A stretch of 64,000 bases of DNA from Eledone cirrhosa (GCA_964016885.1 OZ024741.1:126976001-127040000); one strand, 5' to 3'; positions 14,075 to 30,099 are shown, counted from the stretch's first letter. Notes: generated from the sequence alone by a model not told the origin. A program made the numbers and translations.

Positions 14075-14949
14075 TATACAAAAACATAAATGTGAGTGTG
14101 TATGTGTGTTTGTCTTAATCTTGACATTTTCGTTGTGTGAATATATCAGTGACTCTGTGTGTGTTTCTTTGTGTGTCTGTATGTCTGTGTTTGTGTGTGT
14201 GTCTATATGTGTGTGTGTCTGTGTCTTTACATGTGTTTGTATTTGTGCGTGTATCTGTATGTTTTTTTTAGTGTCTGTGTGTTTGTATTTGTGTGTTTGT
14301 GTTTGTGTCTGTGTCTGTGTCTGTGTCTGTGTGTGTTTGTGTGCGTTTGTGTCTGTGTGCGTGTTTGTGTGCGTGTCTGTGCATGTATATGTGTGTTTGT
14401 GTCTGTGTGTGTCTGCGTGTGTGTTTGCGCTTGTGTGTGTGCATGTATATGTGTGTTTGTGTCTGTGTGTGTGTTTGCGCTTGTGTCTGACTCCATTGTC
14501 AAACCGGGCAAGTTGAATGGTATGTAGTCGCCCGTTACGCTTAGTTCCATGAGAGGATAGTGAAGTGGTCGGAGGACAAGAGATATATGAAGTGGAAGGA
14601 GATTAAAAAGGTGCGAGTGTGTGTGTGTGTATGAAACGTAAATGAAAAAAAAACAACAGATGATAAAATACAATGAAGATATTTATTAGTTACACGGTTA
14701 ATATAATTGGAAAAGACTTAACGTTTCACCCGTTAACATTTTACATCATCTTCACTTTGTAGTTCACAAAGACAAGATGGTGTAAAACAGAACAAAGAAA
14801 AGACACAAAGTAACAACAAAAGTTCAGCACTTCACATTAGTCTTTTGTGTTGGGTCAATCAAGAAACCAACTGAAGATCACACTAACATCAAACGAATTC
14901 GATGCAATTCTGCGAGGGTAGATTTTGAGCTTTGGAAAGCTTATACTTC

Positions 14950-16705
14950 CAACAATTTTGATATCACAATGGGTGCTTCCGATCCATCGCAACTGACGGA
15001 CTTGATTGGTATCTTTATTTTCAATTCTTTAAATCGGAAAATTCCTCAACTTCGCGGTGGAATTTTTCGTGACGATGCTCTTTTTACTGTCTTAAACTGT
15101 AACTTAGTTAACCTTAATATTATTAAGAACAATATACTTGATCTATTTAAGCACCATAACCTTAAAATTGGATTTGATAACAACGTCAAACTAGCTAACT
15201 CCCTGGATATATCCCTTAATCTTGACACTGGTCTATATTACCCTTACCATAAAGACAATGAGAATATAAATTATGTTAATTTTAAATCTAACCACCCCAC
15301 TAACGTTTAAAATGCTATAGTCTGTAATATTGAAAAAAGAATCTCAAATCTATCCTCTAATAAAGTTATCTTCGACGCTAATGCCAATTACTATAATAGT
15401 AAAGCCGGTTATCCTGATAAAATTAAATACAGTAAAGAAACCAATCATCGAAGGACTTATAGTAAAATAGTTAATTATGAACATTCCAATAACTTAAATA
15501 AAAGACCTAGATACAAAAATATGATTTGGTATAATGCTCCTTTTTCTCTATCTATTACTAGTAATATTCCTAAACTATTCTTTAGGGCCTTAGATAAATG
15601 CTTCCCTCCCTCGCATATCTATAGTAAAATCTTTAACAAACATACAATCAAATTCTCTTATTCCACCACTTCCAACATCTCTAACATTATCTCTAAACAC
15701 AATAATAAAATATTAAATAATAAATTATATCCATCCAACACCGAGCGTCATAATAATAGCAATAGTATACCCGACGTCAATGTTAACTCTAGGCTAGATT
15801 CAGTAAATTTAAATACGACGTCAAAAGTAACTTCGTTGAATGTTTATAACACCAATCTAAATCAGGAAACTATAGTTCCTATCGTAAATAACTTCTCCAA
15901 TCCAATTCCTTCTATAAATAATACTAGGTCACTTGTTAATAACTCTGTTAATTTCTCTAATCGTAATTGTAATTGCCCTGTTAGAACTAAATGTCCTCTT
16001 AATAACCAATGTCTTAATAAAAACTTAGTGTATGAATGTAAGGTTATAACTGGTACTAATTCTTTTACCTACTTCGGTTCCACTTCCACTTCCTTTAAAG
16101 CAAGATTTTATAATCACAAATCGTCTTTTAAATACCAACTTAAAAGAACTAACACGGCACTTTCGGAATTCATATGGTCCTTAAAAGACAAACATATTAA
16201 CTATAACATCTCTTGGAGGAAGGTTTGCAACGCCTTTCCTTACCGGAATTCTTCCCTATCCAGAACATGTAATCTCTGCCTAGCCGAGGAATTTACCATT
16301 ATATTTATGAACCACCTAAGAGAACATTAGTCTACGACTTCTTTTATACCATAAACGTGGTTATGTCTTTGCGCGTAATTGTTTTTCACCGCTCCTATTA
16401 ATGACGCATTATATTCGTTTTTTCCCGTTCTTTGCCAGGGAACGTTTCCACGAACCAAAGTATCGTATTCCTGTCTTCCTCCGGTTGCAACGTTTTTTGA
16501 AATATCCACTTCTGCGTTTACAGATTGACTTTGTTAGTTTCAGAAGATCCCGTTAAGGGTGAAAGCAGCGATTCTTTGCTTAAACTTTAATCTGTTATTT
16601 TAATAAATATTTGCTCTACGGTTCTTATATATTTGATATATATTTATCCTATCGAGCCCTCTTTGAATTTTAGTCTTCAAATTTATTATTATAACTATTA
16701 TTAAT
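14950..16705 (+). mobile_element. 5'-truncated, degraded PLE (Hydra-like clade): RT end, GIY-YIG and 3' UTR ending at (TA)n
   Basis: NFDITMGASD, FRDDAL, SLDISLNL, PYHK...YVNFKSNHP, IWYNAPFS, CNCPVRTKCPLNNQC...LVYEC...YFGST...FKARFYNH, CNLCLAEE; internal stops. Confidence 0.85.
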
Positions 16706-16768
16706 ATATATATATATATATAGTAACGAAACATACGTCAATTGCATGAATTCATAATCCTTTATTTA

Positions 16769-16822
16769 CTGCTATATATATTTCGATGATAGCCATTGAA
16801 TGGCTATGACCTCATCAGGCAG
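16769..16822 (-). ncRNA. Type I hammerhead ribozyme (same family as 24750-24802)
   Basis: Minus strand: ctgc-CTGATGA-ggtcatagccattcaatggctatcatc-GAAA-tatata-TA-gcag. Confidence 0.8.
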
Positions 16823-16897
16823 ATAGTCAGTTCTTAGATATGCCAGCTCTGTGTTTATAGTGTTGATGGTACCAGAGCCTTGGGACATATATATATA

Positions 16898-16974
<77 letters not shown>

Positions 16975-16981
<7 letters not shown>

Positions 16982-17682
16982 GTTAGGTTTTTTTACAAAA
17001 TGAAAAATAACCGAGGTGTCCTACACGAATGAAAGTATAAAGAAAAAGAGATGAAATCGAAAATGCAACTGGAGTCTTATTTTTTAAAAATATATATATT
17101 TATTTGGTTCCTTTACCGGTTTCGCAGTTCTTCTGCTTTTCAAAAGTAGAGTTGAGATGGAGGGTCTGTGGTTTTTCTCACATCTGGTTGGTCTCTGAAT
17201 GTTACTTGTTTTATATGGAAAAAGTGGCTCGAAATGCCAGTTTTCTCGAGAAGTAATTTGATTGGTTGGTCAATAATTATATGAAATTTCGCGCCAGTTC
17301 GCGTTACAAATTTCTTCAAACAAGCGGGTGGGGGGGTTGTCACAGGTTGTTTTTTCATATATGAATGTTTGAATTTCTTTTTACTTAAAAAAAGGGGGCT
17401 CACGAAGGCTTTTTTTAATAAACGTAATTTGATTGGTTATAAATGAAATTATGGCTGTCACGTGAACAAGTTTTCATTAAATTTTCGCGCCCTTATTTGG
17501 AAATCCATTCTGTAGCGTTTTTAGAGAATTTTATGATAAGTAAAAGATAATGGTCAAGAGAAATGGGATGGGAGAATTGTTCTGGTTCAGTGAATATGGT
17601 TAGTTCGCTGGGGTGTCAGAATTCAGATTTTCTATTGAATAAAGAAAGTAAAGATATGTATGTTTATGTGTGTGCTTGTGTT

Positions 17683-17721
<39 letters not shown>

Positions 17722-17748
17722 CTGTGTGTCTGTGTGTGGGTGTGTGTT

Positions 17749-17822
<74 letters not shown>

Positions 17823-18267
17823 AATTTCTTTTTACTTAAAAAATAAAAAGGGGGCACGCGAAGGCTTTTTTTAATAAACGTAATTTGATTGGTTATAAAT
17901 GAAATTATGGCTGTCACGTGAACAAGTTTTCATTAAATTTTCGCGCCCTTATTTGGAAATCTATTCTGTAGCCTATTTAGAGAATTTTATGACAAGCAAA
18001 AGATAATGGTCAAGGGAAATGGGATGGTAGAATTGTTCTGGTTCGGTGAATATGGTTAGTTCGCTGGGGTGTCAGAATTCAGATTTTCTATTGAATAAAG
18101 AAAGTAAAGATATGTATGTTTATTTGTGTGTGTGTGTGTGTGTGTATTGGAAGATGATTCTCTTCGTAGAAATGGGGGAGGGAGTTGTGTGTGTGTTTAT
18201 GGGTGTTATGTGTGTGTGTGTGGGAGTATGGTTAGCATGTTAAGATGAAGAGAATATATATATATAT

Positions 18268-18349
<82 letters not shown>

Positions 18350-20620
18350 TGTGTGTGTGTGCGTGCGTGTGTGCGTGCGTGTGTGTGTGTGTTTGTGTGT
18401 GTGTGTAGGAAAATGATTCCTTTAGTAGGAATATTTTTGAATGAACATATTTTCCTTACTTATTCGTATTTGTTCTCTTGTATTGTCAGTGCAAACGTAT
18501 GTTAAGGTTTATTTAGTTCGGGTTTTTATTTTCTAAAGTAGAAGGTGTTATGTGTGTGTGTATGTGTCTGTTTGGATGGTTAGCATGTTATGGTGTTGAC
18601 AATGTATATTAAACCATATTTAATGCTGGTCTATATTTTTGAATAAACATATTTTCCTTATTTATTCGTATTTGTTCTGTTGTATTGTTAGCGCAAAGGT
18701 AAAATGGGAAGACTTGGAATTTGGGTGTCTTATTACTTGCGCATATGTCTAGATGTGCACTTAGTGGTATCTGTCTCGTGGTTGGATCTCGTAATTGTTG
18801 GCGATGAACTGTCATTCTGTTTCTGAGTGTGAGTTTAGTTTGTCCTATATAATCTTCATTGCATCCTTTATATTTAATGGCATAAATTAAATTTTTTGAT
18901 GAGCAAGTGAAGTGATTTTTTACAGTAAAATTTTGTCCTGATTTAAATGTATACGTGTTGCCTTCAATGAGGTGAGTGCAGGTTCCACAATTAGAGCGAC
19001 CACATTTTTTGACACTTGGTTGTGGGTTTGTGGTAGGTAATTTGGCATTGGTGAGTAATGTTTTCAGTGATTTCGGTTGTCTTTTGCTTTTGATTATTTT
19101 GTGTTTCAATGGCTTTTTTCATTCTTGGGTTTTGTTTTAGTAGTGGGATGTTCTTGTGAATAGTGTTGTAAGCTTCCGCATTTCTTGGGTTGTGTGTTGA
19201 GATATATGATAGAATATTGGACGTACCTTGAATTTGTTTCTGTTTTCGTAATTCATCAATGCCTATTGCTTTAGTCCTTTCTATTCCATTATGTATTAGT
19301 AATAGTGGGTACTCTCTTTCGAGTAGAATTTCCTTTAATTCTTGAAGTCTTTTATTTCGCGTTTCATAATTGGAGACAATTGTGCAAATTCTTCTTGCTA
19401 GGTTAAAAGGAATGTTCGTCTTCGTGTGCTTTGGATGTTTGGAGGTGAATAGCAGGTATTGTTTGGAATCTGTTGGTTTGTAGTGTATGTCAGTTTCAAT
19501 ATTTGTGTCTTTTTTAAAGATTAAGATGTCCAGAAATGGGAGTTGATCTTGGCTGTATTCCATTGTGAATTGGATGTGGTTATTGATGCCGTTTATTAAG
19601 TTTTTGAAATCCTTCAGTTGGTCGAGTGTGTGGGACCAAAGAATGAGACAATCAATTCTCTGATAAATATTTGTGGAAGTTCAATCCGTATTTTGATTTT
19701 GACTGTTCATATATCTGGACTTCTAAGTATGCCATGACTAAGTTGGCATAAGTTGAAGCGGCTTTTGTACCCATCGCAGTCCCCGATGTTTGCTTGTAAG
19801 TACTGCCATCGAAATCAAAAAAGTTGTTCTGTAAGATCAATTTTAATCCCTAGGTGATGAAGCTTTTTTCTATTCTGTCTGGTATCTCATTGGGATATTT
19901 CTCTAGCCAGAATCCTATTCCTTCTAGTCCGTATTGGTGTGGGATCGTTGTGTAGAGATTCACTACATCGAAAGACACAATAATAGTGTCGTTGTTGACA
20001 TGTTTGGGGAGGTGGTTTAAGAGGTCCAGATCGTCTCTTACAAGGCTTGGTATGTGTTTGAGAATTGGTTTTAGTAGTATGTTTATAAAGTTGCTCAGTC
20101 TGTGTGTTTCACATTGTGGGCCCGCTACAATTGGTCTTAATTTAAGGTCTGTGGGGTATTATGTGTTGACGCAGGCTGAGGTGGATTGTTTACAGGCATC
20201 CTTAATTATTTTACACTTGTGGATCTTCAGAAGTCTGTAAAGGTTGCTGGTTTTGTATTCAAAATGTGTTAAATAATCGCGTTCTTTTTTAGTTAGGTCT
20301 TCCTGGTATCGATAAATCAGTGTGTTTAATCTGGTCATTGTTTTTGATTGCTGGTAGTTTTTTACTCTTTCATAGTAATTAGTATTTTGTAAGAGAGATA
20401 ACATAGAATTTTTATATTTTTCAGCCTCCATAATGACAACAGTACTTCCCTTGTCCGCTTCCTTAATTATAATGTCCGTATTGTTTTTTAGTTCATGGAT
20501 AATCTCCCATTCGCTACGACTTGTGTTGGGTTTGGGTTTAGGTTGCGGTAGTTCATGGTATTTTTTTTTTTAAGTAAAAAGAAATTCAAACACACACACA
20601 CAACACACACACACAACACA

Positions 20621-20651
<31 letters not shown>

Positions 20652-21288
20652 GCCAAGCACACAAATAAACATACATATCTTTACTTTCTTTATTCAATAG
20701 AAAATCTGAATTCTGACACCCCAGCGAAGTAACTATATTCACTGAACCAGAACAATTCTCCCATCCTATTTCTCTTGACCATTATCTTTTACTTATCATA
20801 AAATTCTCTAAAAATGCTACAGAATAGATTTCCAAATAAGGGCGCGAAAATTTAATGAAAACTTGTTCACGTGACAGCCATAATTTCATTTATAACCAAT
20901 CAAATTACGTTTATTAAAAAAAAAGCCTTCGTGAGCCCTCCTTATTTTAAAGTAAAAAGAAATTCAAACACTCATATATGAAAAAACAACCTGTGACAAC
21001 CCCCCCCCCCCCCCGCTTGTTTGAAGAAATTTGTAACGCGAACTGGCGCGAAATTTACTATAATTATTGACCAACCAATCAAATTACTTCTCGAAAAACC
21101 TGGCATTTCGAGCCACTTTTTCCATATAAAACAAGTAACATTCAGAGACCAACTAGATGTGAGAAAAACCATAGACCCTCCATCTCAACTCTACTTTTGA
21201 AAAGCAGAAGAACTGCGAAACCGGTAAAGGAACCAAATAAATATATATATATTTTTTAAAATAAGACTCCAGTTGCATTTTCGATTTC

Positions 21289-21293
<5 letters not shown>
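16975..21293 (-). mobile_element. Degraded Neptune-like PLE with 3' UTR (16975-18608, internally duplicated) and an inverted 3' UTR copy at its 5' side (about 20570-21293)
   Basis: Minus-strand frames give ADKGSTVV, KIHK, GTAMGTKAASTYANLVM, LPFLDI, YKPTDSKQYL...HPKH...IPFNLARRI, KCGRSNCGTC, NLIYAI...YIGQT. About 17050-17840 is the reverse complement of 20570-21290. Several frameshifts, and the YxDD region is deleted near 19650. Confidence 0.9.
21192..21231 (+). ncRNA. Hammerhead with U3-A8 core (mirror copy 17109-17148, - strand)
   Basis: ctt-TTGAAAA-gcag aagaa ctgc-GAAA-ccgg-TA-aag; palindromic stem III ACCGGT. Confidence 0.65.
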
Positions 21294-21346
<53 letters not shown>

Positions 21347-22318
21347 GGAATTTAAAAAAAGAAGCGCACAAGACAGAAACAGCGGAAAAACAAACAATCC
21401 CTTCTCACGAGTGAACTTCTGTAAATCTTTATAGTTTCGGTGCATGTATGTATAGACACACACATACATATATATGTGTCTGTGTGTATACGCACGGATT
21501 TACGGTCAGGTACAATGTTTTGCGTTATTCCTTCCAGTTCTCTCTGCTCAGAATTCAATTCCTGCGAAGATCAATTTTTGCCGTTCATCATTTCTAAATC
21601 TATAAAAGAAATACCTGTCGAGTCAACTAACTTGGGTCAATTAACTCCAGGTTTAAAGTCAAAAGTCAGAGAAGATAACTGGGAAGACATTGCCTTATAT
21701 CGATCGTCTTGAAGGAAAGTAGTGTTTAATGGAAAGCAGGAATTTGAAAAATCTTGTGTGGAGCATGAAAAATTAAAGAGGGATCTGTATAAGGGTCTAC
21801 ACGATATTACTTTACCTAGATATTTGTGTGCTCAAAATGATTTGGGTGCAATTAGTCTGGTCGGGTTTGTCTCAGTAAAGCTGGTCTTAGAAATCATCAT
21901 AGAAGCCATGTACTAAATGGTATCGGGTATGGTCTCTATGGCATTTCTTCCTGCCAGGATTGTGTACAAAATATGCCTCGTTATTTGGACTTCAACAATA
22001 TTTCAAAGCTCACAAAATCAACAAAACAGTAAACCATAATGCGAGTAACGTTCACCACTGCAGCATATATAGAAAGTAATCAACAGATAAACATCTATCC
22101 GGTTATTAAACTAACCGACTGGGTAGCTATAATAAAAGTGCAACACATATGTGAAAGAACGATCAATGAAATCGAGATGCGTTATGTTCTTGAGCAAGAT
22201 ACTTTATTTCACGGTTTCCAATAGGAATGAATTGCAACGTCAGTGGTAAAAGCAGTATCGGCATTTGCCTTTCCCATGTATGTGTATATGTATGAATATA
22301 TATCTATATGTAAATATA

Positions 22319-22556
<238 letters not shown>

Positions 22557-22686
22557 GTGATATGTGCGTATGCTTCTGTGAATATGCATGTTTGTATATG
22601 TGCGTGTATGTACATATCTATCCATCTATCTATATATATATATATATATATATCTTGACAACTACAATTTTCCCATATAAGGAAGT

Positions 22687-22782
22687 ACCCCTTGAAAAGT
22701 TCGGCTATTTATTTACCAGACTAAAAATTTTAATTTAGTCCAGAAATTGCCCTCGAAACGGCTTGAGCTCTGCCGTCGGGGT
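22687..22782 (+). ncRNA. Hammerhead with U3-A8 core, long stem II and extended stem III
   Basis: acccc-TTGAAAA-(degenerate long hairpin)-GAAA-cggcttgagctctgccg-TC-ggggt; family fragments at about 23810-23850, 33520-33645 and 37281-37482. Confidence 0.6.
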
Positions 22783-22913
22783 CATATTTTTTCCTATATA
22801 TATATATATGTATATATATAGTAATAATAAATGTGAAGACAAAAACCCGTAGTTTCAGAAGATGCGGTAAAAGGGTGAAAGTAGCGATTGTTTACTTAAT
22901 CTTTAATCGGTAC

Positions 22914-23035
<122 letters not shown>

Positions 23036-23165
23036 CGTAAAATAAGAAAATTATAAAATTAACTTACTTACTTAAATTTCACTCCCAACTAATTAGTTTC
23101 TGAAAGGGATTAAACGTACTATCTGTGTATATCTGTGTATATATATGTTACTAGATATACTAATT

Positions 23166-23228
<63 letters not shown>

Positions 23229-23235
<7 letters not shown>

Positions 23236-23568
23236 AGATCAAAAGATGGTTAAAGGAGTTCCATGTATTTTATTATGCGCATTTCAAAATCAAACATCAT
23301 CATGCAATAATATTTGTGTTTTCATCAGATAAAACAGGAGAACATGATATGAAGGCTAAAAAACAATTGTGGATAGTGCAGTTTTAAATCAACATATTGA
23401 TATGTTGATTTAAAACTGCACTATCCACAATTGTTTTTTAGCCTTCATATCATGTTCTCCTGTTTTATCTGATGAAAACACAAATATTATTGCATGATGA
23501 TGTTTGATTTTGAAATGCGCATAATAAAATACATGGAACTCCTTTAACCATCTTTTGATCTTATATTA
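23229..23568. repeat. Fold-back palindrome (about 169-bp arms) in (TA)n; right arm extends unpaired to about 23654
   Basis: Centre caacatat-tg-atatgttg; arms reverse-complementary. Confidence 0.92.
23461..23531 (+). ncRNA. Type I hammerhead ribozyme (mirror copy 23266-23336, - strand)
   Basis: tgttttat-CTGATGA-aaacacaaatatta...tgatgtttgatttt-GAAA-tgcgca-TA-ataaaata; palindromic stem III ATGCGCAT. Confidence 0.85.
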
Positions 23569-23650
23569 TGTATACTCCAGTCCTACAAACTGTAGGGTGC
23601 TTCTTATCCGATATCTGCATTGCTTTATTGTACTACAATAAAACTCACCT

Positions 23651-23732
<82 letters not shown>

Positions 23733-23846
23733 TATATATATATATGTGTGTGTATAGATGCAAGATAATTGCGTCCGTAGGCGGTATGCCGAGTGAGCAA
23801 TCGATACTCTCGCAGAGCTCAGTCGTCGGGGTCCTGACTCTTTTCC

Positions 23847-23884
<38 letters not shown>

Positions 23885-24029
23885 AAACCCGTATTTTCAG
23901 AAGATTCCGTAAAAGGGTGAAATCAGCGATTCTTTACTTAAACTTTAATCTGTACATACACACACACACACATATATATAAATATATATATATATTATAT
24001 ACACACACAAACACACACACACACACACA

Positions 24030-24091
<62 letters not shown>

Positions 24092-24393
24092 GAGCTGCGG
24101 GTCTAGAGTACTGTACCAGCCATGTAATGGTGTCAATTAATCAACTTTCCCTGGTCCCTAAAATTGCTGATCAAGTACTTAAATTAGAAACCGTCTGGAA
24201 ATAGATGTGCCTCTGTGTGTGCGTGGGGGGGGGGGAGGCTGGGGATCTAGTCAGACCTCTTGAAGATGGTTGCTTCTGGCGGGACCTGCTGGAGTGAGTG
24301 TTTGAGAACTCTTCCCCCACGACCCTGTCAGGAATTAGTGAGCAAAGAAAAATAGGGTTAAAATTTTGCTAAATATAACCTGTTTGGTATGTC

Positions 24394-24424
<31 letters not shown>

Positions 24425-24514
24425 AGTATATGTTGGTTATTTACCGACACCTCAGTATGCAGATTGGAGCACTCGACCAAGTACGCAGGTTGGTTTGGTT
24501 ACTCCGGAGTAATG

Positions 24515-24852
24515 TAAAATAAAGTAATTAAGTCAAATATTTAAAATTTGGCTTCGTTTATTAAAGATGTACTGCTATATATATTTCGGTGACAGCCATC
24601 ATTGGCTGTGACCTCTTCAGGCAGACCGAATTGGTGATTCCAGTTCCTCAGAGAAATAACAACCCAACCAGGAGCTGGACATATCGGAGTATTGACGGAG
24701 TAAAACACTTTAACAACATGTGTACCTGTCTCTACCACACCAATTCGGTCTGCCTGAAGAGGTCACAGCCAATGATGGCTGTCACCGAAATATATATAGC
24801 AGTACATCTTTAATAAACGAAGCCAAATTTTAAATATTTGACTTAATTACTT

Positions 24853-24859
<7 letters not shown>
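24515..24859. repeat. Inverted repeat (about 122-bp arms, about 100-bp spacer) in (TA)n
   Basis: 24515-24636 is the reverse complement of 24738-24859. Confidence 0.9.
24750..24802 (+). ncRNA. Type I hammerhead ribozyme (mirror copy 24572-24624, - strand)
   Basis: ctgc-CTGAAGA-ggtcacagcca atga tggctgtcacc-GAAA-tatata-TA-gcag. Confidence 0.85.
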
Positions 24860-24944
<85 letters not shown>

Positions 24945-25052
24945 GACATACCATATATATATATATATATATATATGACATACCATATATATATATATAT
25001 ATGACATACCAAACAGGTTATATTTGGCAAAATTTTAATTTTTTTTTTATAT

Positions 25053-25090
<38 letters not shown>

Positions 25091-25113
25091 TTATATATAT
25101 TTATTTATTTGTT

Positions 25114-25148
<35 letters not shown>

Positions 25149-25152
25149 ACAT

Positions 25153-25320
25153 AGGCGCAGGCATGGCTGCGTGGTAAAAGTGTCTGCTTCGCAACCACAT
25201 CATTCTATGTCCAGTCCCGGTGCGTCGCACCTTCAGTGTCTTCTACTATAGCCTCCAGTTGACTGATGCCTTGTCAGTAGAATTTGGTTGACGGAAACTG
25301 CACAAAGCCGTTGTGTGCGT
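25153..25320 (+). mobile_element. tRNA-derived SINE, third family
   Basis: Head ggcgcaggcatggctgcgtggtaa...ccagtccc, body gtgtcttctactatagcc...gacggaaactg, then a (TG)n tail. Confidence 0.65.
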
Positions 25321-26869
25321 GTGTGAGTGAGTGAGTGTGGGTACGTGTGTGTGTGTGTGTGTGTGTGGTAGAGAAATTATATCACTAAAAATAGTACAGC
25401 TAAGTAATTAAAGTCTATGTTATGTTGATAGATGCTTCTGTTAAAGTAAAGATGTGTGAATCTCTGTTTTTGTGTACACCAGCCTGCGTGTGCAAGTGAG
25501 CGAGCGAAAAATTGAAGGAAGAGAGCAAGAGGAAGAGAGAGACTACAGGCGCGCATCAGCTGGGTCTTCTGTGAATGTTTTGTCCTCTTATAAACTATTT
25601 ATGAATGATCGTATGTGTGAATGTATGTCTCTGTTGTTCAGTTGTAGTAGTCGTGTAGTTTCTCTAGTTAGTGTTATTGGTTGTGGTGGTGACGTTAGTT
25701 GCGGTGATTGTAGTGACGACTGAGGTGGCGGTGGTGTTGGTTCTAGTGGTATTAAATGTGGTGGTGGTGGTGTTTGGAGTGGCTTTAGTTGTGTTGGTAT
25801 TTGTGGTGACGGCGGTGGTGGTGGTGGTAGTTGTGTTTGTGGTGTCGTTGGTGGCGATGGTGATTGTAGTGGTGGTGGTGGTTGTAGTGGCGCTAGCTGT
25901 GTTGGTTGTGGTGGTTGTAGTGGTGTTGGTTGTGGTGACGACTGTGGTAGCGTTGGTGTTGGGGACGTGTGGCTGGTTGGTTGTTTTAAACGTGGTTATT
26001 ATTATGTTGCCGTACATTATGTTTAGAAAAAGTGTAGTCATCTGAGTGAGAAAGAATGAGAGAGTGACTGCTATGTCGTAGAAAAGAGAGAAGTGGCTGT
26101 TCTGTGATAGAGTTTGGAAGAATTCTGTCCAACACACCCTTTTTACTTAAAAGAAAAACACTAAAAAATAAGCGAAGAAAATTAAAAGAAATTCGTTCCT
26201 TTCATTCTAGGAACGACTTTACATTACATTGGTGTCCGTAGAATCTTTTTTTTTTTTTCAGTTATTGGTGGTTGCTTTTTTTTTTTTTGCTTTTTGTTAT
26301 AACTGATAATACTGCCACAGACAAAAAATAAAATCCAGTTGAAATATTCTTGTAAGCAAAAAAACAAATGATGAAAAATGAAAAAAATCATTAAATAGAT
26401 GATAATTATAAAGAGACAATAAGAAAATAAACGATAAAATGTACGTTTTGTGGAATACGTTATAATTTATATGTATTGGTATGTGTTAATATGTTTGGTT
26501 GATTGAGTTCAAATTCCGAACTTTTATTTCCCGTAAACGTAAAAGAAAACCCTAACAAACAAAAACAAACAAAAAACGAAAAACTATCAACAGCTTCGTT
26601 TAAACGAGATTATCAGCAGCAGAGATGGCTGGTTGTCACTCCTCCACACATAGAGTTATAAATATTAAAGTTTGATCTCGTCAAATATGATCTCAAACAT
26701 AAACAAAAGCATAGGAGATCGAGGACTATAAACGGATAAACACGGAAGGAAAACAAACTAACATAAAACCCAAAATAAAATATATAGAAAAAGAAAGAAA
26801 AGGAGAGAATTATGCTGTGGAGAGATGAAATATTGATTGTAAGTAAATGTTATTTTACACATTAATCGT

Positions 26870-28505
<1,636 letters not shown>

Positions 28506-29741
28506 AGCTGGTGGGAAATATGGAAGTGTGTAAGCCATACTTGTTTGTTTCATAAAGTAAGGAAACACTTTAGTTTCACTTTCAGTATTAGAAAACATTT
28601 ATAAACTTGATCCGTTTATTTAAGGAACAATAAAATAATTGTTTCTACTTTTGGCACAAGGCCAGCAATTACCCAGTGCATTACTGGTACTTTATTTTAT
28701 CGACCCCGGAAGGATGAAAGGCAAAATCAAATAAAATAATGAGACATGAAAAGTATTGTAATGTATGAACATTCGTCGGTTTCGACGATGAATGTTCCAG
28801 TTTTTCGATTAATGGAATAACCTACTCATGGCATTATTGTGTAAGTGGCTAAATATTCTATGGATGGCCTCTATAGTCCTATAATTCCTGAAGGAGCCAT
28901 AGGGGTGCCGCATTGACATCTGGCGTTTCTAGAGCCTTCCTTTAAAACTGGCGGAACCAATCCCTTCTCCAGGTCTGAATACAGAAGATTTCTTCCGAAG
29001 AAGGATCGAGAGTGAGAGAGAGGAAGTGAGAAAGAGATATAGAGAAAAGATCAACCCTAGGACTAGACAGTTACGTTTTTTATCGACCTTCAATGGATGA
29101 AAGGCAAAGTTGATCCTGGTGGGGTTTGAACTCAGAGAACAAACAGCCGAAACGAATACTACAATGCATTCTATCTGATGTTCTAACGTATTCGCCACCT
29201 ATACAGATACTTTTACTCTGAACATAATTCTCAATGATGTTTAGTCTGACATGGTATGTGACAAGATAGCCATTTGAATTACTGTATATCTAACAGGATA
29301 CCAAACAGTTGCTTTCTACTCTATTTCCTTCACAAATAGGTCGACCAGAGTCTATGGTAAATGACACTTGCCTAAGATTCTACGCAATGTGATTGAACCT
29401 GGGTCCTAATAATTGCGAGGCGAATAGGTTAATGTTTATGTTGAGAGATATTTTTTTTAATACAGGAGTTTTAAACTTTCTAATCGATACGATGGATATG
29501 AACACACACACACACACACACATGTCTATGTATACATATGTGTGTGTGTGCATATATATATATATATGTATGTGTGTATGTGTGTGTGTTTATGTATGAG
29601 TGTGTGTGTTTGTGTGTCTGTGTTTATGTATATATTTATATATATGTATGTGTGTATGTGTATTTATAAGAATAACAATATGCGAATATATCATTTGTTT
29701 GATTATTACATGATACAATTGTTCATAATATACATATATAC

Positions 29742-29792
<51 letters not shown>

Positions 29793-30099
29793 AGAGTATT
29801 GAAGTTTGCTTGAAGCATTGTGGAATAATAGAATAATAGGTAAATATCTTTAAGTCGTTTGGAAGCCTCGACAATGCATATATGTATATATTTCGTTTCT
29901 GAATTTGTTTAGCAAGATTCTTTATCTGAAAACGTGTGTTGAAACCGATATTGTTATACTTTGGGAGGGTCATGTTGCCAATAAGAAACACACGCACCAG
30001 TTGCTTTCACTTCTATTTATTATAAATTAAATTCATAAATTTAAGAATTCATAAATTTCCGGTTGGTTGATTCCACAACCAGACGATTGTTCATATATT

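Noticed and set aside
14714-14760. Further HHR-like remnants (also about 29890, 40880, 48135 and 51270-51330)
   Set aside because: Core or stems too degenerate to support a call.
18609-20480. Selenocysteine-recoded (Naiad-type) PLE
   Set aside because: The endonuclease is C-terminal, and the interruptions are frameshifts, deletions and non-UGA stops rather than UGA at Cys positions.
25664-26137. Thr-rich ORF (-) and Val-rich ORF (+)
   Set aside because: Degenerate (GTG/GTT)n tract with no supporting splice or homology evidence.
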